Shown here one piece after another: positions 13,201 to 25,302 of a stretch of DNA of 64,000 nucleotides; position 1 is the stretch's first letter; every line of letters begins with the position of its first letter. A model generated the notes under the pieces. That model saw only the letters and a program-made list of their open reading frames with translations. It was not told where the DNA came from and made no database searches. The stretch is from Leptogorgia sarmentosa (taxonomy: Eukaryota). Both the position numbers and the translations under genes were made by a program. The stretch is from contig OZ210885.1 in the NCBI GenBank assembly GCA_964658305.1, forward strand, positions 2,232,001 through 2,296,000, read 5' to 3'.

Positions 13201-13422
13201 AAATACATCCGTATTATCGTATACTGCATGATTCATGCTGAATAAAATATGCTTAAACGCAGTGGTTATGTTTGGAAATACTTCTTGCAACTCACCCATT
13301 CTCATCAAATCCCTTTCGGAGGCGAGACTTCCTTCTCGTCTCGATTGAAACGCATTTTCCGATTTGGCCGCCACAGCGAAACAGAAAAACGCTGCAAATA
13401 TTTGAACCAAGTCAAACTTCAT
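4202..13422 (-). CDS. Secreted/membrane-anchored protein with two tandem transcobalamin/intrinsic-factor beta-type (DUF4430-like) domains, 333 aa; exons 13296-13422, 10750-10763, 9967-10330, 5444-5499, 4202-4642
   Basis: All junctions are GT-AG and phases chain (1,0,1,0) to 1002 nt with no internal stop. Signal peptide MKFDLVQIFAAFFCFAVAA. Two homologous domains with TAF(D/E)FLQLA...GRYITTIC...FYWFIY(I/L)N...VG(V/A)DSLxPxNGDxLx(F/Y)EYR, typical of the cobalamin-carrier beta domain. Hydrophobic C-terminus SLHVLIGMIIGILNI. Domain identity is firm; the joining of exons is inferred. Confidence 0.75.
5628..5749. mobile_element. Isolated ~120-bp palindrome of the palindrome-terminated element class
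   Basis: tatataccctccgctcgggtga ... tcacccgagcggagggtatata, with apex ctcggacttcgtcctcg. Confidence 0.6.
5835..9326 (+). mobile_element. Three head-to-tail copies of a ~900-bp Helentron-associated (HINE/DINE-like) element, family 1; units start at 5835, 6737 and 7648
   Basis: Each unit has a T-run, gtatctgcgaacgcagatac (subTIR + IR), (gttagct)n microsatellite, core, 3' subTIR ttcgcagatac, stem-loop gtgcgc-ttt-gcgaac and a closing T-run. Confidence 0.75.
8098..8837. mobile_element. hAT-type MITE nested in the third HINE copy
   Basis: TIR cagtgaactctatata...tctggaacgataaca. 8-bp TSD GGCCAAAA at 8090-8097 and 8838-8845; the empty site is visible in the other two units. Confidence 0.9.
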
Positions 13423-13998
13423 CTTTGAAAGATTGTGCTGGACGTGTCTTGACAGTTTGAGATGCTATGCAGTTTGTATGTTGTGTATACGATACTGTAA
13501 TTAGCATTGAAAGACCTCTAATATCCCACTGGCTGACAGGCAGGAAGTTTAAAAGGATTACGCATGTTTTTCATATTCAGCGGAAGTCGCGTGTATTCCA
13601 GCAAAGGATGCGTTTTCACTTAGCTATGTGTTTTGTTATTGTATTTCCACCCACTATAGTACTTGTTCAAAACAGGTCCAAACAGGATTCTAAATCAATA
13701 TTTTCCTTTCAGAAAGTGCTAAGCATTCGCTGTTGCAATATAAAAGCAGAAATTATGACCCTTGTTCGGACAAACTCTTCAGTTATTATTTGCGGTATTT
13801 AGACCCTCTTTGTTTTTCAAGCCGAAAATTTATGAATTATATATTTCTTAGCTATATCTTTTAGTTCAACAAACTGCAGTCGGTCATAACAGGAAACGCA
13901 GATTAAAAGGGTCTGTTCAACAATATTTTGGGTGACGTATTTGGCGAACTTAAATAAATTATTTGATTGTGATCATGAGTAGAATATTGCTGCTCTTA

Positions 13999-14307
13999 GG
14001 GAGCGGTCATTATCTATGGCAGGGGTGGGGGCTGAAGAGAAAATGTTTTAAACCAAAAAATTTTTCTTACCCCACTTTCTTTTTACAAAAAAAATTTTAC
14101 CCCACTTTTTAAAACAAGGCGAACAACTTGATAAATAACTGGGGTAATCATTCAAGCTGGAACAAGTTCCACCGTTGTGCAAGGCGTCCGTAGCGAGTGG
14201 TACCCTCTCATATCGTATTTTACCCCAACCCAGACGTGCCTAGTTACTTAGCTACCCCACCATTTTCTCTTCAGCCCCCACCCCTGCCATTAATTATGAC
14301 CAGTCCC
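13999..14307. mobile_element. PIF/Harbinger-like MITE
   Basis: ~47-bp imperfect TIR gggagcggtcattatctatggcaggggtgggggctgaagagaaaatg, with TTA on both sides. Confidence 0.8.
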
Positions 14308-15972
14308 TTATCTGCTTGATCAACATTCTGAATAACAAATGTCTGGTGGTTGAAATTCATTTATACGTTATTTATTTGTATTCAATTCATCCTCATGTAT
14401 GTCATTTTGGACTATATGACTTAAAATATATCTTACGTATTGTTGCTGTAAGTGCCTTTTATCTACATCAAAACTAAAAGTCTTATTTTGAAGCACGGCG
14501 TAGGTGTTCTTGATTGTGATTGGAATGAAAGTGCGTTTGTAGTGATTTTTGAATATGATCAAACGCCAAGTGTTTTAGAACTGTTTTGAACGAATGCCAG
14601 TGTACTGAGTGCACAATAAATTTATCTATAATTGTAGGCATGGTACAAAACATGTACAAGTATAGGACTGGACAGTTGGACTGGACTGGACTGATTTTTT
14701 TTCTGTAACGTTTTTGGAAATTTTTATTATATTCACCCACACGCAGATCTCAAATGATAACTGAAGTGAAGTCCTATTTTAGGGGCTCCATGGGAACTTT
14801 TCTGAACGACTATTATTTTTTAAATACGAATAATACTTTTATTTGTTCCAAAGAAAACAATACAAAATAATATCAATACTGTACATGTTTATAACTCAAT
14901 ATCAATATTGAATTGAAGAGGCCAACAACCATGCAACCATGCAGCCTCTGTTGATGTATTCATTATTGCTAGGATATGAAACACCTATATTTACATTTTT
15001 AGACTTATTTATTTTACAATTTTAGTCGCGATCACCGGTGTTTCTCTCGGATAGATCTATGCAGACAGGTGGCATGCAGTGGCGTAGCCAAAACGATAAT
15101 TGGTCGGGGGGGGGGGGGGCGCATATAATTTCTGTTGAAATCAAATGTTTTGTAATGGTAAGTGAACACGGATATATGGATACGCCCCGCCCCTGAATTA
15201 TCTTGTAAACGTATGAATTTAAATTTCATGCACTAAATATGCAGTGGCAGTCATAGTTGTTCCATTCATGGAACAGCTTTTCCAGCTTATCCGCCGTTAA
15301 ACGGGCTTCGTACAACCGGCCCCTGGCTACGCCACTGACAAAGTTGATCAGTGACAAATGAGTGCCACACAAACGTTTCTAAATGATTTACTTATTCACA
15401 AAACAATTGAAACTCAGAAAATTGGAAAAATTTTAACATTCATCTTCGGCCAACTAAAAATAAAATGTATGAAAATACGTGGAAAAAATAAAAATTTAGA
15501 GTACGTGGCATTCTTCCGACGATGACTAAAACTTATAGCCGAAACGTAAAGAATTAAAATGTTTTCAATTTTTGGAGTGTCAATTGTTTTGTGTTTTATT
15601 AATATACTCTATGACAATCCAATTTTTTTACTCATTCACATTCTTTAATTATAAAGGGGAAAATCTCATTGAAATGGCCGCAAACGTTACAAATAGAAGA
15701 CAGGCCTTATGGCTAAACCAAATCAACGATTTATGACGTTTTATTTAAAACGCTCGAAAATAAAAACAAAGATATACAAATCATACAAACGAGAACAACA
15801 TTACACTCCTAAAATCACCAACAACTTCAGGGCCGTTCCTAGGCTTTCACACATGGGTGGGAGGCCTACCCAAAATTTCCGAATAGAAGACTATAAAAGT
15901 CTTTTAGTATTTTCCTGATATAAACACAAGAAAACAAAGTTGTTGTTTATAGTATTTTCTATGATCTTTATA

Positions 15973-16215
15973 CAGGGTGTCTCAAAATAAACGGAACACG
16001 CATAAATTAATCGATGAAATTTTTATTCACAATAATTAAATGTAATTATTATTCACATTAGTTTGACGAACTTTATATTTCTGTGCCTTTGGGATTTCAT
16101 AGTTTTGAAAAGCAAAACTGGAAAAAAGTACTGTGATACAACAAAGCTATGATTTTGTTTTTTTATGAATAATTAATTAATTATTTATGCGTGTTCCGTT
16201 TTTTAAGACACCCTG
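15973..16215. mobile_element. Tc1/mariner-like MITE
   Basis: TIR cagggtgtct...aacggaacacgcataaat; TA on the left, CA on the right. Confidence 0.75.
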
Positions 16216-16254
16216 CATGTATATTAGGCACATAATATACGTGCATGCTGTATA

Positions 16255-16694
16255 TTTATCATTTATAGACCCGGAGCGAGGGGGATTCGGCGTAATATTT
16301 CCCGAAGTGATGATATTTTCCGAGGGGCTCTGCCCCGAGGAAAATATCATAACTGAGGGAAATATCGCCGAATCCCCCGAGCGAAGGGTCTATAAATGAT
16401 ATATTATACCGAACAAAACATTTTTGCATCTTTGTTTTCAAGAAGTCTATTTATTTTGACTTAAACAACATGAAATTTTCCCGCCATATTGCTGGAATCG
16501 TGCGTGTTGTCTCGCGTGGTTGACACGAATAATATTCCACCCCATATTTCCCGGTGAATATGGGGTGGAATATTGTCAAAAGGAACGCAGGTTCGCAAAA
16601 TGATGACGTAAGGCTTGATATCGTGTTTAATTTCATGCTCACGTGTCGCAAACTGGGCTTTCTCATTGGACAATTTGAAATTGAGGTATAATAT
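16255..16694. mobile_element. Palindrome-terminated element; reverse copies at ~38190-38437 (partial) and 47870-48278
   Basis: Palindrome 16255-16402 with apex ccgaggggctctgccccgagg. ATATTATACC (16401-16410) and GGTATAATAT (16685-16694) are inverted. Confidence 0.75.
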
Positions 16695-17428
16695 TTTAAT
16701 TTGTTCTACGCACAAAAGATGATGCATTTTTCTCGACAAGGGTATCAATTTTCCGTGCGTAATAATATTATACGAAATCAATAAACTTCACTGGATTTTC
16801 ATATTTTACAACATTTCACAACCTAACTTACGTTTGCAATTTTACTAACACTTTATACACTTTAGTAGTTCTTTAATACGGTGTGTGTACGCATGAAAAC
16901 GCTGTTCTGTGGGGACCGTGTGTTACACTTGCAAGTTGCAACTTTCATTGCAATTTCCAGTGCGATTTTCTTTTTTTGATTGATGTGAATGAGTGGATTA
17001 GTAACGGATGTCCTGACTCGATGTTTTTTCACCTGAACATTTGTTGCTGATTCCCTCGATCACATCCATCAAAAGGAGAAAATTCCAACGAACATTGCAA
17101 ATGTAAAGGTCCTTCATTTAAATATAATACTGTATAATTATCTTGACTGCTGACATAAGCTTGCCTTGCATTGATATATAAGATCCACTGCTGAGATGAT
17201 AGCCGATTAATCAGTCTTCACTTGTATTGTTGATTTGTTATACCGCGAAATCGACAGAGAATTCGCCATTTGACGTCTGTTGAAATATATTAATAGTACA
17301 TACTACACTACAGGTATTTTTTTTCCAACTGTATATAAATGATTGTCAGTGAAGGAAGTCACAATAGGCAAGTCTATACATATGAAAATCAGTCACTCAT
17401 TTGAAGCAGTGCCTAATTTTGGTTGCAA

Positions 17429-18227
17429 ATGTTCGCAATGAAAGTGGTAATTGGCATTCTGTTGCTCTACGGAGCTATGCATGTCGTTTTGCCTTTTGAT
17501 TTACATGGGTCAATGGACAAAACACGTAGCGCAATTGAGTCATTTTACGACTCGATTCACAACGACAGTAAAACAGAACTAAAAAAGAAACTGGAACATT
17601 TGGAAAATACGCTGAAACTTCAGAAGGTGGAATTCGAGAAATTAAGGCAACCTTATTTGTTTTTCGGTAAGACCCTCACTGCTGCTGTTGACAATTTGCA
17701 AAAAAGCATGACGCGAACAGAAACTAATATTTTCACCCTCAAACAAGCGATGACGAAGTCGAACAGTAACAAGTTTGCTCAAGTTGTTCATGACATTGAG
17801 AAAGCACTGGTTCACGCGCAAGGTTTTCGCCACGTAAAGCACAATGTACACAGAGTGGTCCAACTGAGACGTCTCATTAAAACGGCAGTTCAAAAGAGAA
17901 GTTATCGTTTCGCTCGTAAGTGCATCGGTGAAGCCATGTTCACAATACACAAAATTGACGAACAGCAAAAGGGAAAAGGACGCGGCAAAAGAAGCACTGC
18001 TTCACTGACGTCAAAAGATTTTCTTCAGAACGTAAATAAGACAATAGGCGCTTCAGAATTCAGTAAACTGTTGGCCATGGAAGGTGACGTCACTCTAATG
18101 TTTGCAATAGATGATACAGGTAGTATGAGGGAAGAGATTCAAGAAGCAAAAAAAATTGCAAAATCAATAATTGATCAACCACGCACCATACCTGTGGAAT
18201 ATGTCTTGTCACCATTTAATGATCCAG
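17429..18227 (+). CDS. First coding exon of a secreted VWA7/hemicentin-type von Willebrand A domain protein (partial)
   Basis: Signal peptide MFAMKVVIGILLLYGAMHVVLP, helical/coiled-coil region and RGKR. Then TLMFAIDDTGSMREEIQEAK...YVLSPFNDP, with the MIDAS DxTGS and PFxDP motifs of VWA7/hemicentin. Phase-1 donor CCAG|gtaac after 18227. Confidence 0.8.
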
Positions 18228-18253
18228 GTAACAACTTAACAAGTTGTTTTATT

Positions 18254-18460
18254 GGCCCGATTTATACCAAAGACGGATCATCCGTCTGGACGAACTTGGG
18301 CAAAGAAAAGATAGTTCGTCTCATAATTCGTCTACAAACACGGGCGAGTAGATGGATCATCCGTCTAGACGGACTATCGGCCGTGTAATGCGTCTGTTCA
18401 GACGAATTTGCTCGCGTAGTTCGTCTTGACGGATGATCGGTCTCTGGTATAAATCGGGCC
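18254..18460. mobile_element. Harbinger-like MITE in the intron after the VWA exon
   Basis: Imperfect TIR ggcccgatttataccaaagacggatcatccgtc / gacggatgatcggtctctggtataaatcgggcc. Confidence 0.8.
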
Positions 18461-18919
18461 AATATTTGATTATGTGAGAAAATATGACGACGGCGTGCCA
18501 AATTGTAGCGACGGCGTACAAGCTTTCATGCAGGCAACCAGCACAGATATTACAAGTAAGCCAAACAAAAGACTTTTTAAACTTGCTTTCAACACCTTTC
18601 GACATGTATGTCACTTGACAAAGTGACACCCTTCTGTTATGCCACTGACAGATACTGATTATTTAAGGCATTGTGGACGGCAAATATTATCAATGCCCCT
18701 CGCTTCGCCATGCCGTCTAGAAGGAACAGGCCTATTATGCATGAAAACGATTATCGTAGTTAAAAACACGGAGTTGCCTTTGTTCCGCGTTGTCAAAATT
18801 TGCTTTGGAGCCCACGATAACAATATTTCTATTTCAATAAAAACGAGGAAAAATTTTATTTAAATTCTATAATTAAATTTATTTACAAAAGTTATTATCA
18901 AAACACTTACATATAGCTA

Positions 18920-19073
18920 CAGGGTGTGCAAAAGGCCATATGCGAAATATTGTCTATTCACAAATCAATATTTTTGTAAAGCGCACATCCAGCTTGGTGT
19001 TAATTAGGCCATTGAAACTATGACAATATAGATCATTTTAAATATTCAGTTGCGTTTTTTTTTGTATACCCTG
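18920..19073. mobile_element. Degenerate Tc1/mariner-like MITE
   Basis: ta-cagggtgtgcaaaa ... ttttgtataccctg-ta. Confidence 0.5.
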
Positions 19074-19358
19074 TATATGAAAATTATTGGTATTCGATCG
19101 GACTGGTCTGTGACAGTTTATTAATCACAGTTTGTCATTACAAGTTACGACCGACGAATAAACCTAAACTTCACATATTCTGTTACCTATACTCGCTATT
19201 CTTTCCTTGGATATATATAAATATGTTATAAAAGCTCTTGGAATTTCATGAAATAAATAGAAAACGTTTTATACGTAATTCAATTCAATTATTTTAATTT
19301 CAAATACAGCCATATCTCTGAACAAGGCGGGCATGCACGAGGGTGATAACGACGGTAA

Positions 19359-20394
19359 CTAGCGTTCGTCGCATTCACGGCAAAAGATGCAAATAAGAGG
19401 ACAGATTAACAATAATGAGGCAAGTACTATAAGAGCAATTTCCCATGCTGACAGAGAACCGCCGCCAGAACTAGCACCCCCACCTCCCCCACTGAAACCA
19501 CCGCCTCTTCCTCCACCTCTTCCTCCACCTCTTCCACCCCCACCACCTCTACCCCCACGGGCAGCTTTGTGGGGTGAACAACGAGAGCTCGGAACACAGC
19601 GTCCATTTATGCAGCAATCGGTGGGACATTTGTTAAACATCGAACAGGGCATCTCTTTTTTCATATCCGTAATGATACTTGGTTTGCTCGTAGTTTCTGC
19701 TCTCGTAGTTGAAGGTGTTTGCGTCGACGAATTAATGGCTGATATGCTGTAGAACAGGAATGGAATCAGATATTTCCTAATCGAGACCGCAAAGCATGTA
19801 GGAATCATTTAGAATAGACAGAACCAAAAATAATAGTGCGAGAAACTTTTGAGATATTTTGAGAGAAAATGGGGAATCTTTTATAATTTTTTGCATTACC
19901 TTTCTAAAGCATGGAAAATAAAGCAATGCGCAGCCAAACTAGAAGCTGGCAACTGACCAAACTGTATCAAATCGTTAAGACGAGTTTTCCTCGTTTCCCC
20001 CATACGATTTTTTTTACATATACAATACATTTGAGCTTTGACAATTTTTTTGAGCTAAGCATATGCTTACTTCTCAAATGCGAGCATACAGGCGCGCGAG
20101 TAAAGCTTGCCACATGAAAATTTGGCATAGCCGGAAACTTTCTAGCCTTCTTTAGCGCACACGATTATATACTAACCTTTTAAAAAGGCAACTAGTACAT
20201 TTTGAGTTCACGCAGCAATCCCCGTCACAATGCACATCCAATTCACACGATAACCCCAAACATCTCGCACGGCAGAGTAAATCACCTTTAGGTGTGGTAC
20301 AACATTTCAACCCGCAGTTCTGACCAGGCGTACATTCTTTTGCACTGGCCAGAAATATAAAAATATGAACGACAGCCAACAGCTTGAGAATCAT
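19359..20394 (-). CDS. Cys-rich, Gly/Arg-rich single-pass membrane protein, paralogue A (201 aa; exons 20177-20394, 19359-19746)
   Basis: Signal peptide MILKLLAVVHIFIFLASA; three C-x5-C-x3-CC modules; S/T linker; RGG tract; TM WEIALIVLASLLLICPLICIF; short Cys-containing tail. Phase-2 intron AG|gttagt...tacag|C. Confidence 0.8.
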
Positions 20395-21142
20395 GACAAC
20401 GTTTGATATCGAATGATCGTGATACAATCGAGTAAATAGGTAATAAACTACGTAGAAACAAGAAACAAAGCGCTGAAGCAGTCAAAAGCAATTTTAAAAT
20501 ATACCATTCCGGAAGCACACGTCAGTGAACTCGGAAAAGCGAGCCTGAATCGCTCGGCATATTAATACAGCATGGATTACTCTATTGTTGTAGTTAGCAA
20601 CACAACACAACACAGTACTTTATAAAATTTGACAAATTTGACATTCCCTGCCATCTTTGTTTACATTCTTGCGAAAATGAAAAACTAGAATTCTCAATGC
20701 GGCTTGGCCATTCATCCGCCTCGCTTTCGAATGAGGGGGTGTATTATCGCTGAAGCGCTATTAATCTTGAACTAGCCCTGAAAGAGTTCTTTGTTCCTTA
20801 ATTGATGAGTGCAATGCAAAGCACTTACGATGAAGCACTTCACTTCACTTTACGATGAAGGCTGTTTCCAGTGTTATGTTTTTGCACGTGGGTGTACGTA
20901 CGGAAAAGTTAATATTCCCTTCAACTTTTCTTAATGAAATAACCAGTTGAAAGCACACAGTCTGATTGGGTGATTTGGAATCATCCTACTTTCACGATTT
21001 ACTTTGGAGTTTTGTTTCTGGCATTAACTTACGGTTGCTCTCAAAATTCATTGATATGTGATGCGTGAGTGAGCATAATTATATGCCTATACGAGACACG
21101 CGCAATGAAACAAATTTCGTAGATCAAATTGAATCAAAAATT

Positions 21143-22032
21143 TTATTTTTGGCATTTATACCAACAACAGCAAATTAAAATAGGACAGTAGAATACAAGC
21201 ACTGGAACAAGCATTGCAAGAGCAATTACCCAAGCTCGTGAAGAACTACGCCCAGAACCGGAACTTCTTACACCCCCGCCTGCCCTGAAGCTACCTCCAC
21301 TGAAACGACCTCCTCTGGAACCACCGCCTCTTCCTCCACCTCCACCTCTACCACCCCGGGCAGCTTTGTGGGGCAAACAGTGCGCGCTTGGAGCACAGCG
21401 TCCATTTATGCAGCAATCGCTGGGACATTGGTTATTGAAACTGGAACAGACAGAAACGTTGCTCTCAACATCCTGAGCTAACGACGTGTTGTTTTTCTTA
21501 TTCACCGGCATTATCTTGACCTCCGTAGAGATTCTCGGTTTCGTCGTAGGTTTTGATCTCGCAGATAAAGGCATTTGCGTCGACGGTCGACTTGAAGTAC
21601 GGGCAGTGCTGGAATTGATCGATGAAACGCTAGAACAAGCATGGAAAATCTCAACTGATCGTAAATATCGTATCTGTAATAATCGTAATTCATTAAGTTC
21701 GTTTTCCACTCCATTGAATTTGAAAGAGGTCTACCCTACTTTTTTTATTTACCATGTAATACAGAGAAAAGATGGTAGGGGCGTTTTACAATTACCAACC
21801 TTTTTGAAGGACAATTGGTACATTTCGTCTCGACACAGCAATCCCCGTCACAATGTGCATCCAATTCACACGATAACCCCAAACATCTCGCACGGCAGAG
21901 TACATCACCTTTAGGTATGGTACAGCATTTCAACTCGCAGTTCTGACCAGGATTACATTCTTTTGCACTTGTCAGAACTATGGAAATGTGTACAACAGCC
22001 AACAGCTTGAAAATCATGACAGCGTTTGACAT
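21143..22032 (-). CDS. Cys-rich, Gly/Arg-rich single-pass membrane protein, paralogue B (239 aa; exons 21800-22032, 21143-21629)
   Basis: Same architecture and same phase-2 intron as paralogue A; longer S/T linker; TM followed by CCCWYKCQK. Confidence 0.8.
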
Positions 22033-23473
22033 CGAATGATCATCATACAATCGACAAATGAATGGGTTATAATATAGAACTGACAAAAACCTAACAAAGC
22101 ACTCAAGTGTTGTCAAATAAAAGCAATTCTCGCTGAAGCTAAATATCAACCTTAAACACTGAAAGAGCCTTTTTGTTTCGTGTGGTTCAACGATAAGTAT
22201 GTCGCTAGGCAGCGGATGACAACATCAACAAGCAGCAAAAGTTCTTCTCATTACCTAAACGATACAATAAGATTTGGCGTTTCGGGCAAAGGCGCTTCGT
22301 CGGCGACCCCTTTATGGAGAGCTTCCTTTAGCAACAGGGCTAATTTTCACCCTTTGTTTACACGAGTTTCCAGGCTTTCGTTCGCAAGTATAGCACTTAA
22401 ATGGCTGGCGGCTTGCTCACGCAAGTGATCCTTAAATGGCTTCCGCGCGATTCCTACCGGCGTCCGAAATTATAGTTTGCCGACTAAATTTTGGAATAAC
22501 AGCCAACAGACATTTGAATATCCGTTTAGAACTACATCTTTAAAACAAATAGTTCTCTCGACTATTTTACTCAGCGCTACTAGGAGGGCTAGTTTATATA
22601 TGCGTTTGACGAGGGGCCTCGTAACTCGACACCCGTCTATTACGCCGCTGATTAATTATATATAATCACACAATAATCCCGAGTTACAACCAAAATGTTT
22701 TACTCATTCACATTCATTAAAAGGGGAAAATCTCATTGAAATGGCCGCAAACCTTTTAAAAATAAAAGACCTTATGTCTTTTGGCTTGTGCGGTCTGCTC
22801 GATTAACCTCTGTCATAAACCAAATCAACAATTATTAATGTCACCTTCAAACGCTCGAAAATAAAAGCAAAGATATGAATATTAGTGCCCAGCAAGCGAT
22901 TTTTAATGCATCATATTTAGATTAAGATTCCCGCCTGGTATTTCAATTGCCACAATTCTGAAAAGCAAAGATACACAAGTTATACAAACGAGGACTTTAT
23001 TCATTAACTTAATAACCTCGACAAAATATTTTTATATTGAGACCTCGACAAAATATTTTTTTACCGGACCTCCCAGCCGGTAAATAACCTATAGGACTGG
23101 TGCTTCCTTGGCTTTACTTTAATATATTTAATTTCACAGGGTGTTATACGTATAGCATGAAGACAATAAATGAGGAATGTGAGATGAAATTTATACCACG
23201 TTAAGGTTACATCACACTATGAAAAGTTGATTTTTTGACTTTTTATGTTTTTACATAGTTATATTATAAACATAAGTATCTATCATATTTCGCAATTTTT
23301 TTCAGAAAATATTGAAATGCGACGGAGATATAGAGAAATGCTTTTTTCTGACATAAAAAATTGCGGGAAAGTTTTAGACACACACATGTCATTCTGGCAT
23401 AGCACAAGGTGTTATCCATAATTTGAAGGTGTGAATTGGTACTGAGTTTGGGGCAAGCTTTTTTTCGGATATT

Positions 23474-23919
23474 AAACAATTATTGGATGAGGCTGAGCAT
23501 GATACCAAGAATTATTCAGACCGAGATCAATGTTATCTGCCGAAGCGAAGCTGAGGCGGATAACATTGACCGAGGTCTGAATAATTCTTGATATCATGCG
23601 AAAGCCGAATCCAATAATTGTTTTATTATACATTTAAAAGAGAGTTCACTTTCATTCAGCGAAGCAAATCTGCTGCAGGCCATTGTTTGTTTGTTTGTTT
23701 TTTCGCGCGCTTTTAGCTTCAAGCTTTTGACAGCGCTGGGGCTTGGGCACGAGAGAGTCCAATAATATTTTTTTTGGATGCAAGTTCGATCCAAAAAAAT
23801 AATTATTGGACGCTGATGACGTCATCGGCGGAAAATACGTAATAAATACCGAATACTGAGAATTAGCCGGTGCTTTCTGACCAATCAGGAACGAGAATAA
23901 ATATTAAATGTATAATAAA
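23474..23919. mobile_element. Palindrome-terminated element
   Basis: Palindrome ~23474-23623 with apex ccgaagcgaagctgagg. TTTATTATACATTTA (23622-23636) and TAAATGTATAATAAA (23905-23919) are inverted. Confidence 0.7.
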
Positions 23920-24444
23920 CGATATTAGTTACAGCACTGCATATTTCTCAAACATTATTCGCGTGCTGAATAGCGACATGTCTAAAAGAAAAGGCGCGAA
24001 GTGTAGAAACGAGTCTCTCGTATAGCATTACATGTATTCTACCCAAATTTCAATGCCAAAACACCTTGTCAAAACTTAACAAGGTATACCAAACCGCGCG
24101 ATTATGATTGGTTCCCGGCATACAGGAGGAGGTGTTAATTAAGAGGGTGGAGAGGCTGATAAGACCCCGCAAAACATTAATCCGTCTTTTACAGCAATTG
24201 TTGACGTATGGAAAAGAGTAGAATAATTTGAATAAGAAACACAAAAGTGTGTTATTCTCCTCTTTAAAATCCGTCAACAGCCGGGCTGAAATTCCAGCCC
24301 GGGCTGAAAACTCTCCATGTAATCAGCCCCTAATACTACTGAGTATACTAAAAAATGTAAATGTGCAATTCTCGATTTAGCCGCTAGTAACACCGACATG
24401 GCCGCCATCATCATCTCATTTGCCACCCAAAAATGGCGGACACC

Positions 24445-24549
24445 CACCTGTTCGCAGGCGTGAGAAAGGCTAATTAAAAGCCAGTGCCGTCGCTAACTTT
24501 AACAGCTAACAGGGGTATCGCATAGTATCCGCATTCACAGATACAAAAA
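24445..24549 (-). mobile_element. Fragment of a HINE-family terminus
   Basis: aacagctaacaggggtatcgcatagtatccgcattcacagatacaaaaa resembles the reverse complement of the family-1 5' end. Confidence 0.55.
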
Positions 24550-25302
24550 GTACAAGTAATAGCTTACACGATTTTTTATTACAACGTTTATTAATTCCAC
24601 TCTAGCACTAAACAATCCTACATTCTAATGGCTAACAACGTGCGGAAGGCTTGTAAAAACATGACTTACATTGCAATTTGCAAATAACATCTCCAAGAGG
24701 AGTGTTTCAAAGTGGGACACGATTGGAAATCATGTTATTCGGTATAATTATAATTCTATTCAAACATCCATGCAGAGTACTCGGTCTCAATTTTTACGAG
24801 GCAATAGTTGATCCGGGTTTCGCCTCGTTGACTTGGTTTGACGTTGACATGGGTTTGATCCGAATTTTATACTTGCCCGTCATGACCCGAAGCTTCATTT
24901 ATGAAAAATATTGATGACAAACAGCAAAATAGGAAATATACAGCGTCTCGAAAAAAAGTCACTCCAACAAACTAGGGAACAAAATCACTTTCGATTAAAA
25001 TACAGTTGAAAAAATTACGAAACAAGAAATTGGCAGTGTTAGCAGATGTCTTCGTGAATATCAACTGCTTTGGTTTAGTATTTGTAGGCGAAATATGTTT
25101 ATGCTCCGGAAACACTCAAATCCCAAGGAAATTTAATAATTATTTTCATTTTGCCATTTTAATAAAGTCTGGAAATGTAGAAAAATTAGAGTTGAAATCA
25201 AACGGCGATATGTTTTGATGAACATTCATCAAACTAATAGCAATGCTAGTCAACTTAACGAAATACCTTAAAACTATGAAAATCTAAACGAACAATGACT
25301 AT

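Noticed and set aside
18228..18388. C-terminal part of the 321-aa ORF
   Set aside because: Lies after a GT donor and runs through a MITE; intronic read-through.
19387..19752. Proline-rich + strand ORF
   Set aside because: Antisense shadow of the Gly-rich minus-strand exon.
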